A stretch of DNA of 64,000 bases from an uncultured Verrucomicrobiae bacterium (GCA_963772365.1 CAVYXA010000003.1:96001-160000), one strand, 5' to 3'. Positions 1 through 10,269 are shown, counted from the stretch's first letter. Program-made: numbers and translations. Notes: a model not told the origin generated them from the sequence alone.

Positions 1-2
1 CA

Positions 3-284
3 ACGTTCGCCGCGTTGATGGGCGCGATCCCGATTGCGCTTGGGTTTGGTCAGGATGCATCCTCGCGCCGCCCGTTAGGCTTGGTCATCGTGGGCGGCCT
101 GATCTTCTCCCAGATGGTCACGCTTTTCGTTACTCCGGTAATTTATCTCTGGCTCGAATGGTTTCAGGAACACGTCCTGGACAAAGTGCCATTTTTGCGG
201 AGCGCGCATACGCATCATGAAGGCGAAGCGGGCGCAAGGAATGACGGCGAAGTGCGCGAGCCAGTGCCTGCGGAAGCGGGCTAA
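3..284 (+). CDS. RND efflux permease (AcrB/MdtB-C family), C-terminal fragment, truncated by window start
   Basis: [45 protein letters not shown] matches the last two TM helices of RND permeases. Confidence 0.9.
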   Translation, partial: TFAALMGAIPIALGFGQDASSRRPLGLVIVGGLIFSQMVTLFVTPVIYLWLEWFQEHVLDKVPFLRSAHTHHEGEAGARNDGEVREPVPAEAG

Positions 285-337
285 TGCGCCTTTCCGCATT
301 GTCCTAAAAAGAATAATTCAGTAGGAGACCAAGCGCT

Positions 338-955
338 TCAGGGCTTGCGGCGGCGATATGCCATCACAGCAGAACCGACTGCAGCCAGACCCAGTAATGC
401 AAGAGTGCTGGGCTCGGGAACAATAGTGAACACGAACGAGGCGGCGGGAATGTTGTTAGGTTGGAACTCGGTGTCAGTCACCTCGGATATACGAGGGCTG
501 TTCGAGGTCGAATACAACGTGTAAGTGCCGCCGGGAGCACCCGCGAGGATGTTTACCGGAATGTCCGTGATGTGATAATCGGTCCCCGGAGGCACTGGGA
601 TCATTTGTGAAGTGGCGCCGAGATCGTTGCCTTCACTCATGTAACCAGCGCGCGCACCCACTCCCGAATTGAATGCAGCCGGCCAGGGATTGACGTTGTT
701 TGGATCGGTAAACGTGAAGTAGGTCGGCATGTTCAACGTGAGGAACGGCGCAATCGCATTTGGCACTTCGAGCCAATAGGAGAGGCCGTAGGAGCTGTAG
801 CCGCTGTACGCCAAGGTAGTTGAAAGAGTGATTGTTGTCCCCGGAGTCCAAACTGATGGCCCGCTAAAGTCTAAGGATTGAGTGTGAGTCTGCGCAAAAG
901 CAGAACTCATCGCCATCATGGCGTCAATAACTGCGATTAATAGCGTCCTTTTCAT
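338..955 (-). CDS. PEP-CTERM sorting-domain protein (copy 1)
   Basis: N-terminal signal peptide, S/T/P-rich body, C-terminal VPEPSTLALLGLAAVGSAVMAYRRRKP. Confidence 0.92.
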   Translation of the reverse strand: MKRTLLIAVIDAMMAMSSAFAQTHTQSLDFSGPSVWTPGTTITLSTTLAYSGYSSYGLSYWLEVPNAIAPFLTLNMPTYFTFTDPNNVNPWPAAFNSGVGARAGYMSEGNDLGATSQMIPVPPGTDYHITDIPVNILAGAPGGTYTLYSTSNSPRISEVTDTEFQPNNIPAASFVFTIVPEPSTLALLGLAAVGSAVMAYRRRKP

Positions 956-1020
956 TCCGCTATCTCCTGATTTGGTTTATAGGGAAATTTTCCGGCTGCT
1001 ACAAGGATTATCCATCATCC

Positions 1021-1087
1021 GAATCTGCCGCAAGCCCGGTGTTGCAATGCTTTCGGAAGCCAGCTTCTGGTCAGTTTGTGCAGATTC
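1021..1087 (-). promoter_or_regulatory. Conserved upstream inverted-repeat element of PEP-CTERM copy 1
   Basis: GAATCTGC...GCAGATTC closing stem; homologous to 8181-8252. Confidence 0.45.
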
Positions 1088-1153
1088 ACACCTGGCAAAG
1101 CTTGCCACGAGCCCGCGCTGCGGCGTCGCCTGCGTATCGATCTTCTGGCCTAC

Positions 1154-1193
1154 AAAAACAAAGCAGCTCCCACCCGTCTTCGGATGGAGCTGC
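1154..1193 (-). terminator. Rho-independent terminator
   Basis: Minus strand GCAGCTCC-ATCCGAAGACGGGTG-GGAGCTGC followed by TTTGTTTTT, downstream of 1240..2715. Confidence 0.8.
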
Positions 1194-1239
1194 CCGAAAA
1201 TACTAATCTTTTATCGAGGAGTGGCTGACTGTATCACCA

Positions 1240-2715
1240 TCAATTATCCAACCGTACCCACGAACTACCGTTCCAGCCGTAGATATGACTATCACCTGTG
1301 TTGCGGAAAAACTGATAAGTGTTGCCATCCGCCGGGTATGTCGATCCGACGCCATAGCCGGGCGCTATGGCTACCACGGGATCGCCCTGCGAAATTGTGC
1401 CGCTTGTTTTAGAGAGATTATATCCGCAGCCCAAAACCGTCAGCGTGCCACCCGATTGCACCAGATCGCGCGCTCCGCTTTGGGTTATTATTCCAACACC
1501 GTTGATAGTGAATGCACCGCCACTAACCACTATGCCGTCACCGGACGTGCCACGGGCAAGTGAACTGCCGCGGAGATAATGTATGCCGCCTGAAACCACG
1601 ACTGCGGCAGGCGAACCTGTGAGTCCTGCATCATCTAGCTGCAAAATATTGCACCAAGAACTTCCGCCGCTGAGAGCGATCAGGTTGCTGTTGAGTCCAT
1701 CGTCAGAAATCTTCTGCGCCTCGACATACAGTGTTCCCGCATTGTGGTTAATTTGTCCGAAAACTTTTTCAGCTCGGACGTACGTGAGTCCTGGGGAACC
1801 ATTTGTTGCGGCAGCCATGTAAATTGCGATCGGCGCCTCTATTTGAAGCGCTTGAATCCATTCACGTGCTGACGCTTCACTATCTTTTATGAAAATCGCC
1901 TTGCCCGCAGTGTTCTTGATCAAGTTGGCCTGAACCCACAAATAGTATCCGGGGAGTTCGCCAGAAGGCGCGGTGGAGTAGATCGCAGCGTTACTGCTAC
2001 CGAGAATTTCATGTGCTTCGACGTGCATTGGCCCGCTGAACCACCAAACTACTGCTCCAGCGGCATATGTGGAGCTTATGATATTGGCCTTAATGTGCAG
2101 TGTGGCGGCGCGGCTGTAGATCGTCGTAGATGCGCTGGCGATAGTATCGGCAGTCATGTCGATGTTCGAACCAAAGCCTCCGCCCGTGTACTTTAAAAAA
2201 ATGACTCCTCCAGTCGTGCCGTCGAATTTCCCCTGTCCGCTAATAATACAGTTGACAGGTCCGTTAGTTCCACTCGCATAATCGTCGAAAATCGCAGCGT
2301 TCGACGAGGTTGGCCGCACGATGGTTGAGCCCGCTACGAAGTGCCAGTTCACGCCATTTTTCAACAGATTACTAACCTGTGCTGTTCCTGCACCGACGAT
2401 AATCGTGTCGCCGGATGTTGCATCATTTTTGGCTGCCGTTAGAACTGCCCCGCGATCAGTTTCGGTCGGAGTTGGGCCCGGTAGCGGATACGTACACCGG
2501 TCTCCATTCGGGTGCACAAGCGTCACATAAACGTTTTCGCAATCTGCCCACGCCACCGCGCTTAGCATCATGAACATGCAAATCACTGCCGCGAAGACTC
2601 CGGTTTTGTGCCGGACAATACGGTGCATTTCGCCGCAAGGAACATTCTTAGTAGTTTTCATGCTCTCGTACGCAGCAGTGTCCGTACCGGAGATCGTTTC
2701 CTCGTGACCCGACAA
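1240..2715 (-). CDS. Secreted protein, probable right-handed beta-helix (pectin-lyase-like) fold; true start may be downstream
   Basis: Signal-like segment ending AVAWA, GDTIIVGAGT motif, repetitive G/S/T/I-rich short beta strands. Confidence 0.6.
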   Translation of the reverse strand: MSGHEETISGTDTAAYESMKTTKNVPCGEMHRIVRHKTGVFAAVICMFMMLSAVAWADCENVYVTLVHPNGDRCTYPLPGPTPTETDRGAVLTAAKNDATSGDTIIVGAGTAQVSNLLKNGVNWHFVAGSTIVRPTSSNAAIFDDYASGTNGPVNCIISGQGKFDGTTGGVIFLKYTGGGFGSNIDMTADTIASASTTIYSRAATLHIKANIISSTYAAGAVVWWFSGPMHVEAHEILGSSNAAIYSTAPSGELPGYYLWVQANLIKNTAGKAIFIKDSEASAREWIQALQIEAPIAIYMAAATNGSPGLTYVRAEKVFGQINHNAGTLYVEAQKISDDGLNSNLIALSGGSSWCNILQLDDAGLTGSPAAVVVSGGIHYLRGSSLARGTSGDGIVVSGGAFTINGVGIITQSGARDLVQSGGTLTVLGCGYNLSKTSGTISQGDPVVAIAPGYGVGSTYPADGNTYQFFRNTGDSHIYGWNGSSWVRLDN

Positions 2716-3009
2716 TAATCAAACGACTCGGCATCTTTCCCGGTTACGATGTTTGTGAAGCCATTATTGTAGTGGTTACAAATTCTTATTTACGATCTGA
2801 ACACCGAAGGATTTTTGCTTTCCCAAGCGCGTCAGAATACAAGAACGAGCGAGATTACTCGCGTTGAGCAAAGAAACTCCGAAGCTGCATCAAGCGCTCA
2901 TCTTCGGCTCGCAGTAGGAGAGGCTTGCGATCTGATGCGGGCGTGTGCATCGACTCCGCAGGATCACACTACCTGCCGGCGCGTATGCGGAGGTCTGCAC
3001 GTTTGATGA

Positions 3010-4893
3010 TCATCTCGCGGTAAACGGGTAAAACAGTCGGTAGGTTGGCGCTGATCCCGGATCAATAGCTCTCGCCCGCTGATACCACATCCGCGCTTCA
3101 GCTTGATCTCCCTTGCCTTGGTAGCGCGTTCCAATCTGCCAGGAAGCGAATGAATAGGCGAACAGAATTTCTCGTTCGAATGTGTTCGCTCTGATAGTGC
3201 CCGGAGCTGGCGGATGATAACGTCTCATTAATTGTTCGTTGTCGCTCGCCCACTCCTCCACGTCCATCCATTTTGTGTTCGATTCGAGTATTTGGACCAG
3301 GCCGTGTGGACGCGGCCAATAATCTTGCATTGCGCTCGCGTCCGGCGGGAGCCAAACATAAGCGATCTGGCGGCCCAGGTTGGCCTCGATTAACATCTTA
3401 AAATTGTTCCGATCCCAATCATAGGTTTCGAACGGGATGTTCAACTCGGGATGACGCGCTCGCAATTGGGCAACGTACCAGCGAAAGGGCAGAAGCGTTG
3501 TCGCGACCAGTGTAACGTCCGGTCGCATTTTCTCTGCGGTCGTCAGATAGAGCAACGGGAACAGGAGCGCATCACTCCCGGCGAAGAGGATGGTTCCCGG
3601 TTGGAGCGAACTCGGTACGCCTTTGCCGTAATTGCGAGCAATATGATTCCGGCTTTGATCGATCCGGCGATAGTTCGTCAGCAGGCTGATCACCAGCACG
3701 AGCCCAATCGCTCCAGCCACAACGGGCACACTTTTGCCACGCAACGTCCGTACAGAAGAAGCCACTATCTCGGCGATCATCACGACGGCGAACGCAATTA
3801 GCGGCGCCACCGCGACTTCCGGGAGCAGGAAAAAATGCTCCAGAACCCACGCTGCGGACGGAATGTTTAGATTCGTGTTGCTGATGATGGCGAAGAACAA
3901 ACCGGTGAAACTGAAGGCGAGCAGGCTAAACCAGAAATACCATCGGCAATGGCGGTAAGCGCGGATCAATCCGAGGAGCGTTAACAACCCCATCAGCGCC
4001 CCAAAGGAAAAAAAGAGCTTTGCGACTCGAAGCCATATGGAGCCGCCGCTGTAAGCCTGGGGGACGAGACGGAAGCTGCCATAAGTCTCGCGGCGGGTGA
4101 CGAGGGTGATGAAATCGCTGAAGGACGAGATGCCGCCCCAATTTTGAGCCGGGTGGCGCGCCGCTGCCCACGGCACGTATGCGTATGGCACCAGCCCAAC
4201 AAGGAATGCCGCCGCACAAATGATAACAATTCGGGGCCGCGCCAGCAAAATGGCACGGTGCCGCCACAAGAGAAAACAAACAGCCGGACCCAGCAGAACA
4301 ATCGTGTGTAGGTTCGTTAACGCCAATCCAGCGGTGAAAGCTGCGCCCACCAGGGCGCCGTAGCGTTGCGGGTGATCATTCCAGATTACGAGCAGGTAAA
4401 TCAAAAGAGCCGCCAATAAATTATTCAGGGGAAAAACTTCCGCGAATAACGACCATGACCAGAACAGCGGGTTGAGCGTGAGAATCAGCGCAGCGATGGC
4501 CGAGGCCAGACGGGAATGGCTTAACCGAAACGCAGTGAGAAAAACAATGCCGACCGTCAAGGCATCGCACACCGCCGACAACAGGTTCACGCGAAAGGGG
4601 ATTGGACCGAGAGGTAACCGACTGAAAAAATTCCCTAACATGGTGAAGAGCGGATAGCCGGGAGCGTGCGCCACACCCAGGGTCACCGCGGCAGTGATCA
4701 GCTCCGGACAATCGCCAACGACAATATCTCGAGGCGCAGTCAGGAAATACAGGAGACCCGCAAAGGCCGTCACACCAGTTGCAAGCAGGGACACTGATGG
4801 GAAAAGCCGAATCGGCGTAGGCAAAACGTTATTTGAGCCGATTGAGCGCGCAACGCGCTTCGGGACGACTTTCTTCTGCCGCAATGGATGCAC
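3010..4893 (-). CDS. DUF2723 / TMEM260-like multi-TM glycosyltransferase (GT-C fold) with C-terminal TPR
   Basis: GDCPELITAAVTLGVAHAPGYPLFTMLG, FRVNLLSA, AEVFPLNN motifs typical of DUF2723; many TM segments. Confidence 0.85.
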   Translation of the reverse strand: MHPLRQKKVVPKRVARSIGSNNVLPTPIRLFPSVSLLATGVTAFAGLLYFLTAPRDIVVGDCPELITAAVTLGVAHAPGYPLFTMLGNFFSRLPLGPIPFRVNLLSAVCDALTVGIVFLTAFRLSHSRLASAIAALILTLNPLFWSWSLFAEVFPLNNLLAALLIYLLVIWNDHPQRYGALVGAAFTAGLALTNLHTIVLLGPAVCFLLWRHRAILLARPRIVIICAAAFLVGLVPYAYVPWAAARHPAQNWGGISSFSDFITLVTRRETYGSFRLVPQAYSGGSIWLRVAKLFFSFGALMGLLTLLGLIRAYRHCRWYFWFSLLAFSFTGLFFAIISNTNLNIPSAAWVLEHFFLLPEVAVAPLIAFAVVMIAEIVASSVRTLRGKSVPVVAGAIGLVLVISLLTNYRRIDQSRNHIARNYGKGVPSSLQPGTILFAGSDALLFPLLYLTTAEKMRPDVTLVATTLLPFRWYVAQLRARHPELNIPFETYDWDRNNFKMLIEANLGRQIAYVWLPPDASAMQDYWPRPHGLVQILESNTKWMDVEEWASDNEQLMRRYHPPAPGTIRANTFEREILFAYSFASWQIGTRYQGKGDQAEARMWYQRARAIDPGSAPTYRLFYPFTAR

Positions 4894-5065
4894 AAAACAA
4901 ATTAAAACAGAACAGAATGAAGAGAAACGCGGATTTTTTAGAGTATGCGTTGGATACCCAAAGCATACTTCGGATGTTTATACTCATTTTGTTTAGAACA
5001 AAGCAAGCAGAGTGGTGGCGCAACTAATCTCGCAAGAGGAGCAATGTCTTCGATTGCACTGCGGT

Positions 5066-7138
5066 TTAGAGGCCGCCATTCGCACTAATCAGATTGAAAT
5101 CGCGCAATGCAGATCGTGTTCGATAAAGATCGACATCTCTCTTGAGTTGATCTGCCAACGAATATTGGCCCATCATGTCGGCGAGTGCTCTGGCGCGCTC
5201 TGCGGTTTCAATCGCTTGTTCGTACCGGCCCGACTCGGCGTAAGCCGCCGCCAATGTTCGGCCCACAATTGGATTCTTGCCATTGGAATACTGATACGCT
5301 TTCCGCGCCAGTTCGATCGCTCGTGGGGCGTCACGCGATGAGGAATCAGGAGCAGTGGCTAAAATCCAGGCAAGTTTATTTAGCGCTGCCACGGAACGCT
5401 TGTTCGCCTGCAATGCCGCTTCGTAGTGCGAACGCGCTTCCCTGATCCGGTGTTCTTGGGCGAGCGCGTCGGCGAGGTTTACATGTGCTTCCGCATCATT
5501 CGGGTGAATTAAGACCGTTCTTTGCAATTGCTGAATCGCCTCATCCAACTGGCCTTCCTCCAATTGGGCGCTGCCGAGATTGAAATAGGCATCTGCGTAA
5601 TCCGGACGCAGTTCGATTGCCTGTTGGTAGTGTGCGATCGCGTCATCGAGCCGCCCCTTCCGTACGAGTGCGGCTCCCAGGTTGTTGTGAACCAAAGCGC
5701 TCGTGATCCGGTAACGAGCTTCTTTAGCGCCAGCACGTATTCTCAAAGCGCTTTGATACTGTGAAATCGCCTCGTCGATCCGCCCGCGTCCCATCAAAAA
5801 AAGGCCAAAATCGTGATGCGCGATGTCATTGTTCGATGTCACAGCCAGGGTATGCGTCCAGAGCGTCTCGCTGTTTTTCCAATACCGTGTTTGATTCCAT
5901 GCCTGCCACGCGAGAACAGCAATGATGCCGATCCCGAAGACAGCGGCCAGCCGTGAAGTCATGCCGCTGAAGTGCATCTCTGTTCGCGATCCATCCCGGT
6001 TGAAAACCGAAAATCGAGATTGAAGGCTCTTCAGAATGTCCGCGGCAGTCCATGTGATCAGCAGATAGATACCGATCTGCGGCAAATACGTGTATCGATC
6101 GGCATGGCTTTGCCACCCGATTTGGAACAGGCCAATCACGGGGATGAGCATTCCCAAATACCAAAACCAGCCGACAAAAACATACGGACGCGTTCGGCGT
6201 AGGGCGATTGCCAAAATGGTAACTGCGAGCAAAAATGCGATCGCCAAAACGCCTTCCCAAACTGGTACAGGATTGGTCGGGTATAAAACGGCAAGCCTGA
6301 AGGGCCATATCATTTGCCGGAGATAGATGACATAGCTCAGTGCTGCGTTGTTGATTCGCCACATCAGGGGAAATGGATCCCACTCACCGGCCGCGCCGCT
6401 ATGCGCAGCTACCGTTGCCATGCACGAGGCTGCGGAAAGTAGAAACAAGGGAATCTTTTCCAGGATGAGGCGGTTGAGCGCTGGCCGTTGGTCGCTCATT
6501 CTGCCAAGCGGCCAGTAGTCGAGTAAAAGCAAGACAAAGGGCACCGTGACGAGCATGCCTTTGGACATCAGCCCCAGGGCGAACAGGATCGACATCGTCA
6601 CATATCGCCCGATGGTCCGTCTGCGTAAGTACCAAACATATGCGCCAAGCGTGGGCATGAAAAACACAGCGCTGAGCACGTCCTTGCGTTCGGCAATCCA
6701 TGCGACGGATTCGACCCGCAACGGATGTATCGCGAATACCGCCGATACAAATGCGCTCTGCCAGAGCTTGCCGGTCATTGCGCGAAACAGAAAAAAGAGC
6801 AGGAGCACCGCAATTGAATGAAGCAAGACGTTCGTGAAATGATGTCCGCCTGCCTTCAATCCGTACAATTGGCAATCTACCATGTGCGACATGGTAGTGA
6901 GCGGATGCCAGTTTAGCGCATGACTGTGGGTGAACGCCCACACGATGCCGGACACCGTCACGCCGTGTGTAATTGCGGGATTTCCGTAAACGTAGGTTTT
7001 ATCGTCAAAATTAACGAAGTTATGTGCGAGCGTTTGCCCGAACACGGCCCAGGTGATTGCGACCAGGAAGACGCAGATCCACAGAATCGGCTTGCGATCA
7101 GCAGCAACTTTCCCCTGGGCCCTGTCTAAGGAAGCCAT
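5066..7138 (-). CDS. TMTC-like multi-TM glycosyltransferase with C-terminal TPR repeats
   Basis: FVNFDD..YV..NP, WHPLT, HPLRVESVAWIAERKDVL, ADRYTYLP, then HNNLG/YFNLG/HVNLA TPRs. Confidence 0.85.
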   Translation of the reverse strand: MASLDRAQGKVAADRKPILWICVFLVAITWAVFGQTLAHNFVNFDDKTYVYGNPAITHGVTVSGIVWAFTHSHALNWHPLTTMSHMVDCQLYGLKAGGHHFTNVLLHSIAVLLLFFLFRAMTGKLWQSAFVSAVFAIHPLRVESVAWIAERKDVLSAVFFMPTLGAYVWYLRRRTIGRYVTMSILFALGLMSKGMLVTVPFVLLLLDYWPLGRMSDQRPALNRLILEKIPLFLLSAASCMATVAAHSGAAGEWDPFPLMWRINNAALSYVIYLRQMIWPFRLAVLYPTNPVPVWEGVLAIAFLLAVTILAIALRRTRPYVFVGWFWYLGMLIPVIGLFQIGWQSHADRYTYLPQIGIYLLITWTAADILKSLQSRFSVFNRDGSRTEMHFSGMTSRLAAVFGIGIIAVLAWQAWNQTRYWKNSETLWTHTLAVTSNNDIAHHDFGLFLMGRGRIDEAISQYQSALRIRAGAKEARYRITSALVHNNLGAALVRKGRLDDAIAHYQQAIELRPDYADAYFNLGSAQLEEGQLDEAIQQLQRTVLIHPNDAEAHVNLADALAQEHRIREARSHYEAALQANKRSVAALNKLAWILATAPDSSSRDAPRAIELARKAYQYSNGKNPIVGRTLAAAYAESGRYEQAIETAERARALADMMGQYSLADQLKRDVDLYRTRSALRDFNLISANGGL

Positions 7139-7227
7139 CGCGCGAATGAGAATTGATATTTTTAAACCATCTTAGATGGCGATCAATCGCCTCTGAGATA
7201 TTGACAAGCCATCTCGTAAAACAACTT

Positions 7228-7327
7228 TGTCATTCTGAGCCGAGCGAAGAATCTCCAATTGTTTCCGCTTCATCTGCCACAGCCCAGACAAAATAGTCAG
7301 AGATGTTTCGCTCCGCTCAACATGACA
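7228..7327. repeat. TGTCAT...ATGACA palindromic REP-like element (family A)
   Basis: TGTCATTCTGAGCCGAGCGAAGAATCTC ... AGATGTTTCGCTCCGCTCAACATGACA; related copies at 28934, 38378, 59813. Confidence 0.85.
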
Positions 7328-7398
7328 GCCTATTAACATTTATGAGATTCGTTCCAGTGTTCGGTCGGACGAACCAATCAGCAGGTTGTATCTGCGAT

Positions 7399-7437
7399 AA
7401 AAACAAAGCAGCTCCATCCGTTTCCGGATGGAGCTGC
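7399..7437 (-). terminator. Rho-independent terminator
   Basis: Perfect stem GCAGCTCCATCCG/CGGATGGAGCTGC plus TTTGTTTTT on the minus strand; near-copy of 1154-1193. Confidence 0.85.
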
Positions 7438-7470
7438 CCGAAAAGAACAGTTCTTTACCGAGGAAGCGCC

Positions 7471-8089
7471 TTAGGACTTGCGGCGGCGATATGCCACCAC
7501 GGCGGAACCAACTGCGGCCAGACCGAGCAGTGCTAGTGTGCTTGGCTCTGGAATAGGAATGTTGAACACGAACGAGGCGGCCGGAATGTTGTTATCCATG
7601 AAGTCACTATCGGTCACTTCGGAAGCACGAGGAAGCATGGAGGTTGAGTACCAACGTATAAGTGCCGCCCGGAGCACCCGCCAACACATTGATGGGAATG
7701 TCCGTGATGTGATACGAACTAGGATCCACCAACGCCAGCGGCTGAGTGGTTGCACCAAGGTCGTTATTGTCGCTCATGTAACCAGCGCGAGCACCGGTCG
7801 TGGACCATGTTGCCGGCCATGCGTTGACATTGTTGGGATCGTTAAACACGAAGTAGGTCGGCATTTGGATTTGGAGAAATGGCGCAAGAGCGCTTGGCAC
7901 TTCCAGCCAGTAGGACAAGCCGTAGGATGGATAGCCGCTGTAGGTCAGCGTCGTTGAAAGCGTTACCTGTGTCCCCGGATTCCAGACCATTGGACCGGAA
8001 AACGACAATGATTGCACGTGCGTCTGGGCGAACAGAGAACTCATTGCCGCCATGGCGCCGATAACTGCGATTAATAGGGTCTTTTTCAT
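7471..8089 (-). CDS. PEP-CTERM sorting-domain protein (copy 2), one frameshift near 7651
   Basis: ORFs 7607..8089 and 7471..7758 join into a full paralog of 338..955, ending IPEPSTLALLGLAAVGSAVVAYRRRKS; one extra G in ACGTTGGTACTCA. Confidence 0.88.
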
Positions 8090-8180
8090 ATTGCTGTTTC
8101 TTAGTTTGTTGTTCTTTTCGTTTTTGGTTTTTCCTCGGTTGGTGATTAGGAAATTTTATCCAAAAGGTTGTTTCACTTTT

Positions 8181-8252
8181 TGAATCAGACGCGGACAGGG
8201 TTTTGCATGGTTTCGGGGGCCAGCATGTGGTGCCTTGTTTGCGGCAGATTCA
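8181..8252 (-). promoter_or_regulatory. Conserved upstream inverted-repeat element of PEP-CTERM copy 2
   Basis: TGAATC...GATTCA closing stem; aligns with 1021-1087. Confidence 0.45.
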
Positions 8253-8264
8253 TGTTCGAGGTCG

Positions 8265-8294
8265 GTTATACGGGATTTGGTCAAAAAAAAGCAA
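8265..8294 (-). promoter_or_regulatory. Putative sigma70 promoter for PEP-CTERM copy 2
   Basis: TTGCTT-N18-TATAAC on the minus strand. Confidence 0.45.
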
Positions 8295-8426
8295 GCATAA
8301 ATTTCGAAAAATTTTTAGACCCTCCAGACCTGTCATATGGCGCGGGTTCGACCTGTCTTGGACGAAATCCAGAGGGGAACTGGCGAGCTAGGCAGGCGTG
8401 CCTCCAGAAACAGTCCGCCGCCTCCA

Positions 8427-10232
8427 TTAATTCGCTTTGGTCGCTTTCGCCGGGCTTTCATCTTGCCCGGGCTCTCTATTCAAGATTCCGGCTGAGTTTA
8501 CGAGAGCCACGTGCGAAAAAGCCTGCGGGAAATTGCCCAGCATTCGTTTGGCGCGGGGATCGTATTCTTCGGAGAGAAGACCGAGATCGTTGCGCACGCC
8601 GAGCAATCGATCGAACAGCTTGCGCGCATCGCTGGCTCGGCCCAACAAATGAAGGCAATCCACCAGCCAGAACGAACAGGGTAGAAAAACGCCCTCGTTG
8701 CCGGGCAATCCATCGACATGTTCTTGTTCCGGCCGATAACGCAGGACGAATCCATCTTCCATCAACTCGCGTTCAATCGCCTCGATTGTCTGCCGCACGC
8801 GCGAATCATCCGCAGGCAGGAATCCGACCAACGGCATCATCAATAGGCTCGCATCCAGCGCGTCCGATCCGAAGAATTGCGTAAACGCTTTCTTTTTTGA
8901 ATTATAGCCGCGTTCGCAAACCTCGCAGTGGATCTGGTCGCGAATTTTTTGCCAGCGCTCGACATGCTCCGCTGCCGCGCATCCGCAGTTTTCCACGAGT
9001 TTGACGGCGCGATCGAACGCCACCCAAGCCATCATATTAGAATGGGTGAAGTGTTTTCGTCTGCCGCGCACTTCCCAAATGCCGTTATCTGCCTGGTTCC
9101 AATTGGACTCCAAAAACTTCATAAGCTCGGCTTGCAAAGCCCAATCGGCTTCGGTGGTTTCGATTCCGGAAAGGTGCGCCTGATGCATCGCGGCAAGTAC
9201 TTCGCCGTAAACATCGAGTTGAAATTGGTTTGACGCGGCGTTTCCCACCCGCACCGGTTTTGAAGCTTCGTAACCCGCCAGCCATGGAAGCTCGTACTCA
9301 TCGAGGCGCCGCTCTCCGCGAACGCCATACATAATTTGCATCTGGGCAGGACTGCCGGCTACTGCTCGCAGCAACCATTCGCGCCACGCTTTGGCTTCTT
9401 CGCGATAGCCCGCCCGCATCAGGGCGATGAGTGTGTAAGTCGCATCCCGCAGCCAGCAAAATCGATAATCCCAATTGCGCACGCCTCCGATTTGCTCGGG
9501 CAACGAAGTTGTCGCAGCGGCGACGATCCCGCCCGTCGGGGCATAAGTGAGTCCCTTCAACGTGATGAGCGAACGCACGACCGCGTCATGGTCTGGCCCG
9601 ACTCGCCGGCACTGCCTTGCCCAATCACCCCAATAATTCTCGGTGTCGCGCAGCGCATGCTCGGGATGGATCGCTCGCGGCGGCTCGAGATGCGAGGCGA
9701 ACCAGCTCAGCACAAATGGAATTCGATCGCTTTTGTTAACTGTGAAGTCGGCCACCGTGGTCAGATTTTTCCCGCGCGTTTCCACCGGCGTTCTCAAAAT
9801 CAAACCATCTGGCCCCGCGATCGCTTCCAGTCCTCCATGCGCTTTTCGCACCCACGGCACGATCTCGCCGTATTCAAAGCGGATGATCAGTTCCATCTGC
9901 ATCCGGACGCTTCCCTCGAGGCCTTCTACGAGTCGCACCATGTCGGGATATTGACCGCGCGGCGGCATGAAATCGATCAGACGCACCGCTCCGGTTTTGG
10001 TTTCCATTTCCGTCTCCAGAACCAGCGTGTTGCCGCGATAACGTCGCCGCGTTTTGTTGATCTTCTCTTTCGGGCACAGCCGCCAGCACCCATTTTTCTC
10101 GTTGCCAACGAGCGCGGCGAAGCAGGCAGAGGAATCGAACCGCGGAAAACAAAGCCAATCTACAGAGCCCTCGCGGCTAACGAGTGCTCCGGTCTCAGTG
10201 TCGCTGAGAAAGGCGTAGTCTTCGATTCTCAC
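8427..10232 (-). CDS. Glycoside hydrolase family 15 (trehalase/glucoamylase-like)
   Basis: IEDYA..SD..TGALV, AAATTSLPE..GGVRNWDYRFCWLRD, GLLSEEYD...LGNFPQAFSH. Confidence 0.95.
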   Translation of the reverse strand: MRIEDYAFLSDTETGALVSREGSVDWLCFPRFDSSACFAALVGNEKNGCWRLCPKEKINKTRRRYRGNTLVLETEMETKTGAVRLIDFMPPRGQYPDMVRLVEGLEGSVRMQMELIIRFEYGEIVPWVRKAHGGLEAIAGPDGLILRTPVETRGKNLTTVADFTVNKSDRIPFVLSWFASHLEPPRAIHPEHALRDTENYWGDWARQCRRVGPDHDAVVRSLITLKGLTYAPTGGIVAAATTSLPEQIGGVRNWDYRFCWLRDATYTLIALMRAGYREEAKAWREWLLRAVAGSPAQMQIMYGVRGERRLDEYELPWLAGYEASKPVRVGNAASNQFQLDVYGEVLAAMHQAHLSGIETTEADWALQAELMKFLESNWNQADNGIWEVRGRRKHFTHSNMMAWVAFDRAVKLVENCGCAAAEHVERWQKIRDQIHCEVCERGYNSKKKAFTQFFGSDALDASLLMMPLVGFLPADDSRVRQTIEAIERELMEDGFVLRYRPEQEHVDGLPGNEGVFLPCSFWLVDCLHLLGRASDARKLFDRLLGVRNDLGLLSEEYDPRAKRMLGNFPQAFSHVALVNSAGILNREPGQDESPAKATKAN

Positions 10233-10269
10233 TTCTTTTATTCATTCGTCTCGACAAGGAATGAGTCGC

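Noticed and set aside
1035..1065. Sigma54 promoter in the PEP-CTERM leaders
   Set aside because: TGGC and TGCA are present, but the GG-to-GC spacing is 13-14 nt rather than the required 10.
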